The position numbers and the translations under genes were made by a program. From Candidatus Omnitrophota bacterium (GTDB lineage Bacteria > Omnitrophota > Omnitrophia > Omnitrophales > Aquincolibacteriaceae): a DNA stretch of 64,000 nucleotides. Shown piece after piece: positions 20,037 through 29,492 of the stretch. The stretch is taken from contig JAKLIQ010000002.1 of NCBI GenBank assembly GCA_022709525.1, positions 197,523 to 261,522 of the forward strand, given 5' to 3'. Each line of letters starts with the position of its first letter. Position 1 is the stretch's first letter. The notes under the pieces are model-generated. The model worked only from the letters and a program-made list of their open reading frames with translations. It made no database searches and was not told where the DNA came from.

Positions 20037-21737
20037 TCAGATCTTTTGGGCCAGCTCTTCGACCGAAAAAGGAAGGCCGTTATATTTTAAGATCTTACGG
20101 TGTACTTCAAATCCCGTTTCGCGCCGGATGAGTCTTGCGAATTGCCCGGTCGCGTTATTTTCCACACAAATCACTTCTTTTGCCTTTCGCAGATATTCTA
20201 AAATCTTTTCAGGGAGCGGATACACCTGTTTAAAATAAAGAAAGGCCGTGTCCTTTTCACCTTTCCGGCAAAGCGCTTCGCGGATCGCGTGAAAATTGGA
20301 TCCCCAACCCAGGACCAGCTTTTGATACCCTCCGGTGCCGTAAAATTCAGGCGCCATGGAATCCTCGGGAAGGATCTTTTGTTTTTTAAGTCTCTTATCG
20401 ACCATCGCCGCGCGCACATTGGCATCTTCGGTGATATATCCCCCCTCATCGTGTTCATCGCTATCCACGCAAACGATCCCTTCCCCAAAGCCGGGGATGC
20501 CGCGGGGTGAGATCCCGCCTTCTGTTAAACGATACCGCGCATAATCTAAATTTGTTTTTGCGACAAAGGAGGGCGCTTCCTTCGGAACTTCGGGAAATTC
20601 CTTGACGTTATAATAAGAATCCATCAGACATTGATCAGTTAAAATAAAAACGGGGACCTGGTATTTATCTGCAAGAAAAAAGGCCCTGGAAGCGCAAAGA
20701 AAGGCGTCCTGCAACGTCCCGGGGGCGAGAATAATTCTCGGAAATTCGCCGTGTCCGGCATAGAGCGCGAGCTCAAGGTCTCCTTGCTCGGTCCGCGTCG
20801 GTAAACCCGTCGCCGGCCCGGGTCTCTGCGCCAGATGAATGACCATGGGAGACTCAATGGCGCCGGCAAGACTCAGGCCCTCCGCCATAAGCGCAAACCC
20901 GCCGCCCGAAGTTGTCACCATCGCGCGGCCTCCGGCATACCAACTGCCCAGACCCATATTTATGGCCGCGATCTCATCTTCAGCTTGTTCCACGACGATC
21001 CCGAGCTGGGCCGCGTGTTGCGCTAGAAAAGTCAACACTCCCGTAGACGGCGACATCGGATAAGATGCAAGAAAACGGCAACCCCCGGCCGCGGCCCCCA
21101 AGGCGATCGCTTCGTATCCTTGTATGATGACCTGCCCGGCCACGGAGGGGCATTTTTTTATTTCGAGATGAATGGAGTGTGCGGTGCAGGCTTCTTGCGC
21201 GAGACGGATCCCTTCCAGCGCCGCTTGACGGTTTTTCCCAAGGATCTCTTCTCCTTTTTTTGCAAATATCTTTGTGATCGCCTCAAGAACGGGACCGGAC
21301 TCGACATTAAAAAGGCCCGCAAGAAATCCGGCGGCGATCGTATTTGCAAAGATCGGATCACCGATGGTTGTGGCGAGTTTCGTAAGCGGAATATCCAGGA
21401 TCTCCCGGGAAGATTGCAGCGCCTGAGCTTCTCCGACGATCAGTGTCTGTTCGGTCAGGCGATGCTCGAGATGAGCAAGCGCTTTAGGGTCCAGGGGCAC
21501 GCAAAGATCGATGCGGTCGATAAACGCGGGAACCGGTGAGGCGGCAACACGGATCTCGGTGGAATTCGAGCCTCCGCGAACGCGGGACATATATTCTTTG
21601 GTGCCAAAAACATGGAAACCGGCCCGTTTCAGGATCTGCGTCAGGATCGTTTCAATGGTTTGAATGCCCTGACCCGCTTCACCCGCAAGCACGATCGAGA
21701 CTTCATTTTTAAAGCTGTGCGCAAGAGCCATCGGCAC
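20037..21737 (-). CDS. korA: 2-oxoacid:ferredoxin oxidoreductase alpha subunit (fused gamma/alpha domains)
   Basis: 566 aa, with a gamma-like N-terminal domain followed by an alpha domain. Adjacent to korB. Confidence 0.85.
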   Translation of the reverse strand: MPMALAHSFKNEVSIVLAGEAGQGIQTIETILTQILKRAGFHVFGTKEYMSRVRGGSNSTEIRVAASPVPAFIDRIDLCVPLDPKALAHLEHRLTEQTLIVGEAQALQSSREILDIPLTKLATTIGDPIFANTIAAGFLAGLFNVESGPVLEAITKIFAKKGEEILGKNRQAALEGIRLAQEACTAHSIHLEIKKCPSVAGQVIIQGYEAIALGAAAGGCRFLASYPMSPSTGVLTFLAQHAAQLGIVVEQAEDEIAAINMGLGSWYAGGRAMVTTSGGGFALMAEGLSLAGAIESPMVIHLAQRPGPATGLPTRTEQGDLELALYAGHGEFPRIILAPGTLQDAFLCASRAFFLADKYQVPVFILTDQCLMDSYYNVKEFPEVPKEAPSFVAKTNLDYARYRLTEGGISPRGIPGFGEGIVCVDSDEHDEGGYITEDANVRAAMVDKRLKKQKILPEDSMAPEFYGTGGYQKLVLGWGSNFHAIREALCRKGEKDTAFLYFKQVYPLPEKILEYLRKAKEVICVENNATGQFARLIRRETGFEVHRKILKYNGLPFSVEELAQKI

Positions 21738-21829
21738 CTTCTTTGCTTTATTTCTGAAAATGAAGCATGTAGAATGCCAGCAGCATCATACCTTTTTAAA
21801 TCAACATTGCAACCTCGGGATCTAAAAAT

Positions 21830-23023
21830 ATGGCGGTCCCCGTTATTGAAGATATCTTCTGGGTGGGCGTCAATGATCATAAGACCGATCTGTTTGAGGC
21901 CCTCTGGCCGCTTCCTCACGGGATCTCTTACAATGCCTATCTGGTCCGTGATGCAAAAACGGCGCTTGTTGATGCGGTCAAAAAGAACTATTCGGGTGAA
22001 TTTGCGACGGATCTTCGCGCCCTTTTGGGGAACGGGCAAAAGATCGACTATCTGATCATCAACCATATTGAACCGGACCATTCGGGAGCGATCGATTCCC
22101 TCTTGAGCCAGTATCCGGATCTTTGTGTTGTGGGCAATGAAAAAACACTTCGTTTGCTCAAGGAATTCTACCGGTTCCCGGTCAAGACCCTCTTGATCAA
22201 AGACCGGGAGACGCTCTCTTTGGGAAAACACACCCTCGAATTCTTCGTCACGCCCATGGTCCACTGGCCGGAAACCATGATGACCTATGATCAAACCTCC
22301 AAGACGCTTTTTTCCGGGGATGTGTTCGGTGGTTTTGGAACCTTGGAAAATGGCATTTTTGACGATGAGGTCGATCTTGGCTTTTTTGCCGAGGAAACGC
22401 GACGCTATTTTGCGAACGTCCTCGCGAAATATAGCGTTCCGTTCCAGAAAGCCTTATCCAAGATCGAAAAACTTGAGACCAACGCCATCGCCCCCGCCCA
22501 CGGACCGGTCTACCGCAAGGACCCGAAATTCATCCGGGACCTTTACGGAAGGTGGAGCCGCCAAGAAACCGAAAAAGGCGCGGTCATTGTTTATGCGTCC
22601 ATGTATGAGAACACAAAAAAAATGGCCGAAGCCGTGGCCCGCGGCCTTGCCGAGAATGGCGTGAAGGAGATCCGGCTTCACGACGTCTCCCGCACCCATC
22701 TTTCTTTCATCTTGAGTGATATTTGGCGATTCCGCGCGCTTGTGCTTGCGGCCTGCACCTACAACATGAGATTATTCCCCACGATGGAGCTTCTGATGAA
22801 TTTTCTGGAAAATGACCATGTTGAAAATCATTTGCTGGGGCTCATAGGATCTTACAGTTGGGCAAATACTGCGCTCCTGGCGCTTCGAGACTTCGCTAAA
22901 AAAGGTTCGTGGCAGTTTGTCGAACCCTACGTCGAGGCCCTGTGTGCCCCGACGCCGGAAGTCCTGAAGGTATGTCAGGATCTTGGGAAAAATGTGGCTC
23001 AAAATTTAAACAGCATCCCCTGA
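21830..23023 (+). CDS. fprA: Flavodiiron protein (metallo-beta-lactamase + flavodoxin domains; O2/NO reductase)
   Basis: [10 protein letters not shown] diiron motif, 397 aa, C-terminal flavodoxin-like segment. Confidence 0.85.
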   Translation: MAVPVIEDIFWVGVNDHKTDLFEALWPLPHGISYNAYLVRDAKTALVDAVKKNYSGEFATDLRALLGNGQKIDYLIINHIEPDHSGAIDSLLSQYPDLCVVGNEKTLRLLKEFYRFPVKTLLIKDRETLSLGKHTLEFFVTPMVHWPETMMTYDQTSKTLFSGDVFGGFGTLENGIFDDEVDLGFFAEETRRYFANVLAKYSVPFQKALSKIEKLETNAIAPAHGPVYRKDPKFIRDLYGRWSRQETEKGAVIVYASMYENTKKMAEAVARGLAENGVKEIRLHDVSRTHLSFILSDIWRFRALVLAACTYNMRLFPTMELLMNFLENDHVENHLLGLIGSYSWANTALLALRDFAKKGSWQFVEPYVEALCAPTPEVLKVCQDLGKNVAQNLNSIP

Positions 23024-23106
23024 ATCCGGAAGAAGAAGGTGTGTTGAATCACGGTTTAAAACTATTAAAAAGACGCGGACTTAACGCGAGTAAGGATGGG
23101 TCTTCT

Positions 23107-23268
23107 ATGAAAAAGTATAAGTGCCTGATCTGCGATTATATTTACGATCCCGCCAAAGGAGATCCCGATCATGGAATCAATCCCGGCACCGCATTTGAAA
23201 ATCTCCCGGCATCCTGGACGTGTCCGGAATGCGGCGCTGCCAAAAGCGACTTCGCACCCGTCGAATAG
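23107..23268 (+). CDS. rub: Rubredoxin
   Basis: [15 protein letters not shown]...[10 protein letters not shown] with two CxxC pairs. ATG at 23107 with AAGGATG 10 nt upstream. This is the C-terminal part of track ORF 22909..23268. Confidence 0.85.
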   Translation: MKKYKCLICDYIYDPAKGDPDHGINPGTAFENLPASWTCPECGAAKSDFAPVE

Positions 23269-23286
23269 GAAGACCGGATTGTCTTC

Positions 23287-24000
23287 TTAGTAGCCGGCAA
23301 AATTTTCATGTTTGATGTGTGAATCCGGGATCTGCAATTGGGTTTGAAGAAGATCGACCATAGTCTTGACCATGGCAGGCGGGCCGCAAACATAAAAGAT
23401 CCGTTCCGCATAGTCCGGCAGCTCTTCTTTGACCATAGCCGCATTGATAAAACCGCACCTCCCCTTCCACCCGGACGGGCATGCGCCTGGTGTATCCAAG
23501 GAAAAAACGATCTTCAGATTTTGATGGCTTTTTGCCATCGTTTCCAGCTCTTCTCTGAAAACAATATCCTCCGGCGTCCGGTTGCTGTAAAAAAGCACCA
23601 TATCGACCGGCAATCGACTATCAAAAGCATCTTTCAGCATACTGCGGATAGGCGTGATCCCGATCCCTCCCGATAAGAAAGCATGCTTGGGAGCCGCTTT
23701 GTCCAGAACAAAAACGCCCAAGGGCATCTTGATCTTGACCGGGTCCCCCGGTTTTAATTCTGCCAGGGATTTTGAAAATTCGCTCCCCGTCATTTTTTTG
23801 GTGAATTCGATATAATTCTTTTCGGCAGGTGAGTTCGAAAGCGAGAAATATTTCGATTGATCCTGCCCATGGACCTTAAGTGTCAACTGCAGGAACTGTC
23901 CTGCCTGGAAAGGTAAAATCCTGTCCGCCACGAAACGAAAACTCGTTACACAGCAGGTCCTCGGAATGATTTCAGATACCCGGGCATCAAACACCGCCAT
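23287..24000 (-). CDS. FAD/NAD(P)-binding oxidoreductase, ferredoxin-NADP+ reductase family
   Basis: RxYS-like FAD motif (KYFSLSN), GGIGITP NAD(P) motif, C-terminal CGPPAM. Confidence 0.65.
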   Translation of the reverse strand: MAVFDARVSEIIPRTCCVTSFRFVADRILPFQAGQFLQLTLKVHGQDQSKYFSLSNSPAEKNYIEFTKKMTGSEFSKSLAELKPGDPVKIKMPLGVFVLDKAAPKHAFLSGGIGITPIRSMLKDAFDSRLPVDMVLFYSNRTPEDIVFREELETMAKSHQNLKIVFSLDTPGACPSGWKGRCGFINAAMVKEELPDYAERIFYVCGPPAMVKTMVDLLQTQLQIPDSHIKHENFAGY

Positions 24001-24027
24001 AATTCGTTCTCCAAAAAAACTGCCTGG

Positions 24028-24609
24028 TTATGTGCGTAATTTTACTAGCGTGTGGGTCAAGTTCGCGCCAAGTTTTTTGACGGAACTTTCCATTTTAAGA
24101 TCTGCCAAAAGACCCTTCTCATTGAAAGCTTCGCCTGCCTTGATAATGGCGATCTGATCGGGAAGAACCAGTGTGCCTAGATTTTCAAAAATGGAACGGA
24201 CGGCCACAAGGCCGCGCAAACCTCCTAAGGCGCCCGGTGAGGCGCTCATGATCGCGGCGACCTTCCCCACAAAACAAGCTAGAGGGCTTTCTTTGGGAAC
24301 CGGACGAGAGGCCCAATCGATCGCGTTTTTCAACACCCCCGAGATCGAACTATTATATTCGGGAGCGGCGACGAGAAATCCATCATGGGCCAGCATGAGG
24401 TCTTTAAGTTTTCGCGCATTGGAAGGAAGACCTTCTTTATCTTCGAGGTCTTGATCGTACTGCGGAAGCGGAAGATCGCGAAGATCAAGAAAAGTCACTA
24501 CCGCTCCGGCGGCTTGAGCGCCAGCGGCGGCAATTTTTACCAATTTCTTATTAAAGGACTTTTGACGGGTACTGCCCGCGAATGCCAGGACCTTGGGTGC
24601 GTCGCTCAT
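24028..24609 (-). CDS. NAD(P)H-dependent FMN reductase family protein
   Basis: KVLAFAGSTRQKSFNKKL...PEYNSSISGVLKNAIDWASR matches the FMN_red family. Start at MSDAPK (ATG 24607-24609) with GGAGGAGG RBS. Confidence 0.8.
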   Translation of the reverse strand: MSDAPKVLAFAGSTRQKSFNKKLVKIAAAGAQAAGAVVTFLDLRDLPLPQYDQDLEDKEGLPSNARKLKDLMLAHDGFLVAAPEYNSSISGVLKNAIDWASRPVPKESPLACFVGKVAAIMSASPGALGGLRGLVAVRSIFENLGTLVLPDQIAIIKAGEAFNEKGLLADLKMESSVKKLGANLTHTLVKLRT

Positions 24610-24854
24610 GAGCAACCTCCTCCCCACGATCACCATTCTAACAGCGGAAAGGAATAAATAATACTTTTGTCTCGAACTTTAAAAGAAGCTTTGGGGAACA
24701 ATAGGCGGCAAAAAATGAGAAAGTATGAACCTGGATGCCTGCCGGCCGGCAGGGATTCGAGCGCCTACGCCCTGCGGGATCCGGTCGCCTGATTTTCTAT
24801 GTATTTTAACTGGAAATCAGTGCAGTCCCAATACTCATTAAAATCTTTATTGCA

Positions 24855-24932
24855 AATTGGGGCGGCCACCCGTGCTCAAGACATGACATTGGGTCATATT
24901 TTTGAGCAGTGCTCCCGTTCGAATCCCCAATT
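24855..24932. ncRNA. Candidate structured RNA or protein-binding palindrome: three nested helices inside a ~600-nt non-coding gap
   Basis: aattgggg...gtgctcaa..acatgac attgg gtcat..ttgagca...ccccaatt gives nested 8, 7 and 5 bp stems. The region 24610-25208 lacks a convincing ORF. Confidence 0.3.
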
Positions 24933-25208
24933 AGCACAAAACCCCAAGACTGTAGCATATGACATGTATATTAACATTCATATGCAGGCCGGTTCATAGA
25001 TTCCGACACATCCGACCTCCCCCATTGCCCAGGCGTGTCCATATTGTGAAACAATCCGAAAACATGTCTGTTTTGTTCGGACTTTTGGGGGTGATATTTC
25101 TGCAAGATCATATTACTGAATAGAATCAGAAATATCTGGTCCCAAAGGGCGGAAAATCACCTCGTGGGGCGCAACATTATGTCGCAATCTGAGAAAAAAC
25201 AACAAAGC

Positions 25209-25676
25209 TCAAAGATGGTAATCTTTTTTTGCTTCCGGCTGATAGAGCAGTTTTATCACTTTAAACAGCCGATGCCCTGTCGGAACTTCCTGGGCGGCAT
25301 CTTCTCCCACCCGAGCGCCTAGCAGCGCGATCCCCAGCGATGAAAAAATCGACACTTTGTTCCCATCATGGTTGAGAGCTTCCGGAAAACCCAACCAGAA
25401 CAACCGGACCTCTTGCGTGTCAAGCCAGAGTATCTTCCCCGCGGAATTCATTGTAACGATATTTTTTGGCATTTTAGAGGAAGGCATGATCTCGGCATCC
25501 CGCAACGCTTTTAAGAGTCTCCCCAAGACGATGCCCTTTCCGTCGCCGATCTCGCGGGCAATCCTGATCGCTTCCGTTAAACGGTCCAGATCGCTTTTGG
25601 ATACCTGCTTCTTGCAATAGGTCTCCGGGATAAGCCCTTTTGCGCCGGCCCTTGTTTTTCCCTTTTGTTGGCTCAT
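25209..25676 (-). CDS. GreA/GreB C-terminal-domain protein (Rnk-like regulator)
   Basis: IVTMNSAGKI...SSLGIALLGARVGE is a GreA C-terminal FKBP-like signature. Start at MSQQKG (ATG 25674-25676) with GGGGGAGGG RBS, 27 nt after the hss stop. Confidence 0.7.
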   Translation of the reverse strand: MSQQKGKTRAGAKGLIPETYCKKQVSKSDLDRLTEAIRIAREIGDGKGIVLGRLLKALRDAEIMPSSKMPKNIVTMNSAGKILWLDTQEVRLFWLGFPEALNHDGNKVSIFSSLGIALLGARVGEDAAQEVPTGHRLFKVIKLLYQPEAKKDYHL

Positions 25677-25702
25677 CACGACCCTCCCCCGATCAACGGG
25701 AT

Positions 25703-27154
25703 TCAATCTTTAAACAGAAAATTCCGGAAGCTCCAGGGGTTTTTCTTATCCAAACGTAAATTGGGATTTTCGGGGAAAAAAACCTGGTAGTTCTTAAACG
25801 GCGTCCAATCATAGGGCTCCGAAACAAACGTGCCCAAGTAAGGTTTTGCAACAGAAAGAATTTCGCGATGAGGGAGATCATCCGGCAAACAGACGCCCTT
25901 TTTTGGATTTTTGATCATCCACATCGCTGCCGCCACCACCCCGATCGCCACTTGGATCGTAGTTGCATTCTGGTGCGGTACCAACTTGCGCGCCTCCCGG
26001 ATGTCCAGAATACTGCCTGTCCACCAAGAATTATACTTATGCCCCATAATCAGCGCGCCTAAAATATCTTTTCCCTTGATGATCTCGTCGGACATGATCC
26101 GGCATCGGGGTTGGAGCTCATAATTGCGGCAACGAAGCTCATGAAGCGAATCGAGCGTTTCATTGCACGGCATGTAGACATAATGGACCGTGGGACGATA
26201 TACGGCCTTTGTGCTACGCCATACCGTAAGATTCTCGGAAATCGAGAACGCTTCCGCGTGGCGGATCGCCATCCCGACGATCTCATAATTAGGAACCCAA
26301 GACCGGATCCACGTGTTCATGCCCATCTGAGACAAGAAAATCTGGTTTTTGGGGCCGGACTCCGGCACTGCCGCCAAGGAAGGAAGCCCCTTTTCGTGAG
26401 TTCCCCATCCCATTTCGCAGGGAGCCACGGCCTCTTCCCGCAAACCTTCAATGGACCAGGTCCCAACAAATTCTTCGACTTCTTTCGGCTGATCCGTGAT
26501 CTGGGTATCGCGCTCGCTCACATGGATCGTTTTAACGCCGAGCTTCATGGACAGTTCCGCGAACGCCTCTTCACGGATCAAGTGTTCAAGAGCCTTGCGG
26601 TCGCTTTTGCGCGTCGTCTTGTCATGGACCGCCTTTTCTGCAATGTCCAGAAGGCCCTGCTTTGTGAAATGAGAAATAAGCCCCGGGTTCGCGCCGTGGT
26701 CCAGAACGGCGGTAGTGTGACCGTCTTCCCATTTGGCGATCATTTTTCGGATTTCCATTTGTTTAAAATAAAGCGACTTTTCAAAGGGCGTTTTTTTCTC
26801 GATATTGGCGTAAGGATCCCATTCCTCAACCGAGGTATTCACATAGAAAACCTTGTTATCGTGACACCAGCTCAACATATCCAATGAGTCGATGTTCCAG
26901 GACAGGTCGATGATCATCCCTCCGGAAGAAACATACTTAGAAAGGGTTCTTGCGACATTGACCGGGCTCACCCTTTCCTGGGCATACTGAACGCCTTTTT
27001 TGATCCACGGCGAAAGCTCCTTGCGCTTATCCGCAAAATCAAGAACGGTAATGTTTTTATACGGAACGCGGATGTGCTCCAGCAACACGGGCAGCGCACA
27101 TCTCCCGACAGAGCCAAAACCGATACAGAGCACTTTTTGACTGAATTCCATCAT
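25703..27154 (-). CDS. hss: Homospermidine synthase (saccharopine dehydrogenase-like fold)
   Basis: N-terminal CIGFGSVGR Rossmann motif, ~480 aa, and internal/C-terminal blocks (TWSIEGL, HQNATTIQV, NPWSFRNFLFKD) matching bacterial homospermidine synthases as recalled. Confidence 0.7.
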   Translation of the reverse strand: MMEFSQKVLCIGFGSVGRCALPVLLEHIRVPYKNITVLDFADKRKELSPWIKKGVQYAQERVSPVNVARTLSKYVSSGGMIIDLSWNIDSLDMLSWCHDNKVFYVNTSVEEWDPYANIEKKTPFEKSLYFKQMEIRKMIAKWEDGHTTAVLDHGANPGLISHFTKQGLLDIAEKAVHDKTTRKSDRKALEHLIREEAFAELSMKLGVKTIHVSERDTQITDQPKEVEEFVGTWSIEGLREEAVAPCEMGWGTHEKGLPSLAAVPESGPKNQIFLSQMGMNTWIRSWVPNYEIVGMAIRHAEAFSISENLTVWRSTKAVYRPTVHYVYMPCNETLDSLHELRCRNYELQPRCRIMSDEIIKGKDILGALIMGHKYNSWWTGSILDIREARKLVPHQNATTIQVAIGVVAAAMWMIKNPKKGVCLPDDLPHREILSVAKPYLGTFVSEPYDWTPFKNYQVFFPENPNLRLDKKNPWSFRNFLFKD

Positions 27155-27205
27155 GATCGCCCTCCGCTTATTGACTTAAAATGGTTTTATGGTTTGAGGA
27201 ATATC

Positions 27206-27622
27206 TTAAAGCTCATACTGCCCCGCGGCTTCCGGCTGAAACAACACTTCCTCGACCTTGAGCCGTCTCATACCCGCCGGAACTGGCCATTCTACAAGAT
27301 CGCCGACGCGATAGCCCAAAAGAGCCATTCCGATCGGAGCGAGAATGGAAATTTTCCCTTTTTCGAAATCTGCCGCCGCAGGATAAACGATGCTATAGAC
27401 ATAGATTTCTCCGCTGTTCATATCCTTGAATTTGACAAGGGAATTCATGGTTACCACGTCTCGGGGAATTTTCTGAGGATCTACAATCTCCGCCCGAAGC
27501 AGCTCTTCAGCCAAGAGTTTCAAGCAGATCCTTTCATGATCGCCGCCGACTTTGTAGTCTTGGATCAGTTGGCGAAGCCGTTTTGCGTCGCTCTGGGTAA
27601 CGTATATTTTTCTCTCTTCCAT
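27206..27622 (-). CDS. GreA/GreB C-terminal-domain protein (Rnk-like), paralog of 25209..25676
   Basis: VVTMNSLVKFKD...ILAPIGMALLGYRVGD. Start at MEERKIY (ATG 27620-27622) with GAGGTG RBS. Confidence 0.7.
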   Translation of the reverse strand: MEERKIYVTQSDAKRLRQLIQDYKVGGDHERICLKLLAEELLRAEIVDPQKIPRDVVTMNSLVKFKDMNSGEIYVYSIVYPAAADFEKGKISILAPIGMALLGYRVGDLVEWPVPAGMRRLKVEEVLFQPEAAGQYEL

Positions 27623-27656
27623 GAACACACCTCGAAGTGATTTGGCCGGCACGGGC

Positions 27657-28166
27657 TTATCGGAAAATCGCATGAAACGAGCTATGGTCTCCCTTGAACA
27701 TCCCGCCGACCATTTCTCCAATGGCTTTCCCCTCATCCGGAATCACGATTCGGATACTTTTTTTCATTAGTGAAAATTGCTTTAAAAAATCCTCGTCAGC
27801 GGGTGATAATTTCAGGCGTGCTTTTCTGAGCGTTTTGAGGACCTTTTCATAAACAAGGGCGATGCAATAAGCGTCATCCAAATAACCAAAAAACTCATTA
27901 TTTTTCTCCGGAAGAAAATCGTCCGGATGATACAGATAAGTTAATGCAAACCCGATCGATCTTTTGATTTCGGCGGGAATCTCGTCACGCCGGCAATGCT
28001 CTAAGCCCCGGAACAATAGTTGCGGCATCAAACAGATCAAATTTTTCAGCCGCTGTTCAAAAAGACGCGTGGCCTTTTTCCCGATACGAGCCCGAACCCG
28101 GGAATGAAAATCATCGTTGGGATCTTTCGACAGACGCTTCAGTCTTTCGTCTAACGCTTTCAACAT
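27657..28166 (-). CDS. DUF1232 (YkvA-like) domain protein
   Basis: LTYLYHPDDFLPEKNNEFFGYLDDAYCIALV resembles the DUF1232 motif. Start at MLKALDE (ATG 28164-28166) with GAAGGGGGG RBS. Confidence 0.5.
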   Translation of the reverse strand: MLKALDERLKRLSKDPNDDFHSRVRARIGKKATRLFEQRLKNLICLMPQLLFRGLEHCRRDEIPAEIKRSIGFALTYLYHPDDFLPEKNNEFFGYLDDAYCIALVYEKVLKTLRKARLKLSPADEDFLKQFSLMKKSIRIVIPDEGKAIGEMVGGMFKGDHSSFHAIFR

Positions 28167-28271
28167 GGTTCGGCCCCCCTTCTTCAATGAACGGCCCTTC
28201 GAGTTTGAGTATGCCTTAGACTTCATCATAATAAAAATATATAATACTTATCTCTGTGATATATTTATATT

Positions 28272-29165
28272 ATGCTTCCCTTTAACTATCACCACCTCTA
28301 TTACTTCTACGTTGTCGCAAAAGAACGCTCTGTCTCTAAAGCGGCTCGAGCCCTGCACGTTTCCCAGCCCGCTTTAAGCTCCCAGCTAAAACAATTCGAA
28401 AACTATTGGGGGCTGAAACTTTTTAATCGCGACCCCGGGAATATGATGCTCACTGAAGAAGGTCTGATGATCTTTAATTATGCGAAAGCTATTTTTGATC
28501 TGGGACAGGAACTTGCGAATACCGTTGTTAACCGCAAGCATACCGAAGACCTCAGGATCCAGCTGGGCGCTTCAAGCGCGGTTCCCAAGGCGATCGTTGA
28601 GGCCCTTGTGCAGTTTATTTATCGTTGTAAGCCGACGGCAAATCTGATCCTGCGTCAGGACAAGATCGACAATATGATCGAAGATCTCATGGTCCATAAA
28701 CTTGATCTTGTTATTAATGATTTTTCTTATGAAACCCCGTTCGAACAAGGGATTCAAAATCATTTGGCAGGGACGATCCCGATGGTCTTTTGTGTCAACA
28801 AAGATATGGCAAAGCAATTCAAAAATATCCCGAAAGACTTGAATGGGGCTCCCCTGATATTGCCGACCGCGCCCGACCGGACCTATCATGCGATGCAGAA
28901 CTATATTCATACCCATAAAATAAAACCAAAAATTATCGCCGAGATCCAGGACTTGGAACTCGGCAGGATGCTGGTCGCGATGGGAAAAGGCGTGGGGCTT
29001 CTCAATTCCTACGCCGTATTGAACTGCCCCGAACGAAAAAATCTTGCTATTTTAAAAGACCGGTCGAAACTCAAGATCAACGACACGATCTATCTTATCA
29101 ACCGTGTAAGGAAAGTTCCCCATCCTCTTATCACGCGCGTGATCGAGAATTTCCGGCTTGGCTAG
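28272..29165 (+). CDS. LysR-family transcriptional regulator (NhaR-like N-terminus)
   Basis: LNYHHLYYFYVVAKERSVSKAARALHVSQPALSSQLKQFE helix-turn-helix, 297 aa. Transcribed divergently from the DUF1232 gene across an AT-rich spacer. Confidence 0.85.
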   Translation: MLPFNYHHLYYFYVVAKERSVSKAARALHVSQPALSSQLKQFENYWGLKLFNRDPGNMMLTEEGLMIFNYAKAIFDLGQELANTVVNRKHTEDLRIQLGASSAVPKAIVEALVQFIYRCKPTANLILRQDKIDNMIEDLMVHKLDLVINDFSYETPFEQGIQNHLAGTIPMVFCVNKDMAKQFKNIPKDLNGAPLILPTAPDRTYHAMQNYIHTHKIKPKIIAEIQDLELGRMLVAMGKGVGLLNSYAVLNCPERKNLAILKDRSKLKINDTIYLINRVRKVPHPLITRVIENFRLG

Positions 29166-29282
29166 CCCGGGACAGGAATAAATCGAAGAATTGCCGGCAG
29201 GGATTCGCCCCTGCTCCCTATAAGCATGGACGACGCCGTCGGAGCTCATAGTCAGCTCCGCACGGCTACATCCACCCTAAAA

Positions 29283-29325
29283 CACAAAAACCCAAAACCA
29301 TTTCGTTTGGCTTTGGGTTTTTGTG
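29283..29325. terminator. Bidirectional rho-independent-type terminator hairpin downstream of the LysR gene
   Basis: cacaaaaacccaaaacc atttcgttt ggctttgggtttttgtg, with an A-run before and a T-run after the stem. Confidence 0.6.
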
Positions 29326-29403
29326 CCCTGGCTTTTATTTACTCTTTATTGAAAAGCCAGGACAACACTCATTTTCAAATAAAAACTTAATAGAGAATAA
29401 GTG

Positions 29404-29476
29404 TGAGCCCGGATGGATTCGAACCATCGACACCCGCCTTAAAAGGGCGGTGCTCTACCAGCTGAGCTACGGGCCC
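29404..29476 (-). tRNA. tRNA-Lys (anticodon UUU)
   Basis: Minus strand GGGCCCGTAGCTCAGCTGGTAGAGCACCGCCCTTTTAAGGCGGGTGTCGATGGTTCGAATCCATCCGGGCTCA folds as a 7-bp acceptor stem (one G-U), GTAGCTCAGCTGG D-arm, anticodon loop CTTTTAA and GGTTCGAATCC T-arm. CCA is not encoded. Confidence 0.9.
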
Positions 29477-29492
29477 GTAAAAACTAAAATCT

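Noticed and set aside
22909-23106. N-terminal 66 codons of track ORF 22909..23268 fused to rubredoxin
   Set aside because: This part overlaps the end of the flavodiiron gene in another frame and has no homology. Rubredoxin begins at the internal ATG 23107, which has its own RBS.
24900-24935. GTTCGAATCCCC motif suggesting a tRNA or tmRNA T-arm
   Set aside because: The 5 nt upstream (TCCCG) cannot pair with the downstream TCCCC. There is no acceptor stem, no CCA context and no D-arm or tmRNA 5' motif on either strand. The motif is better explained as the loop of a GTGCT/AGCAC hairpin within a larger nested structure.
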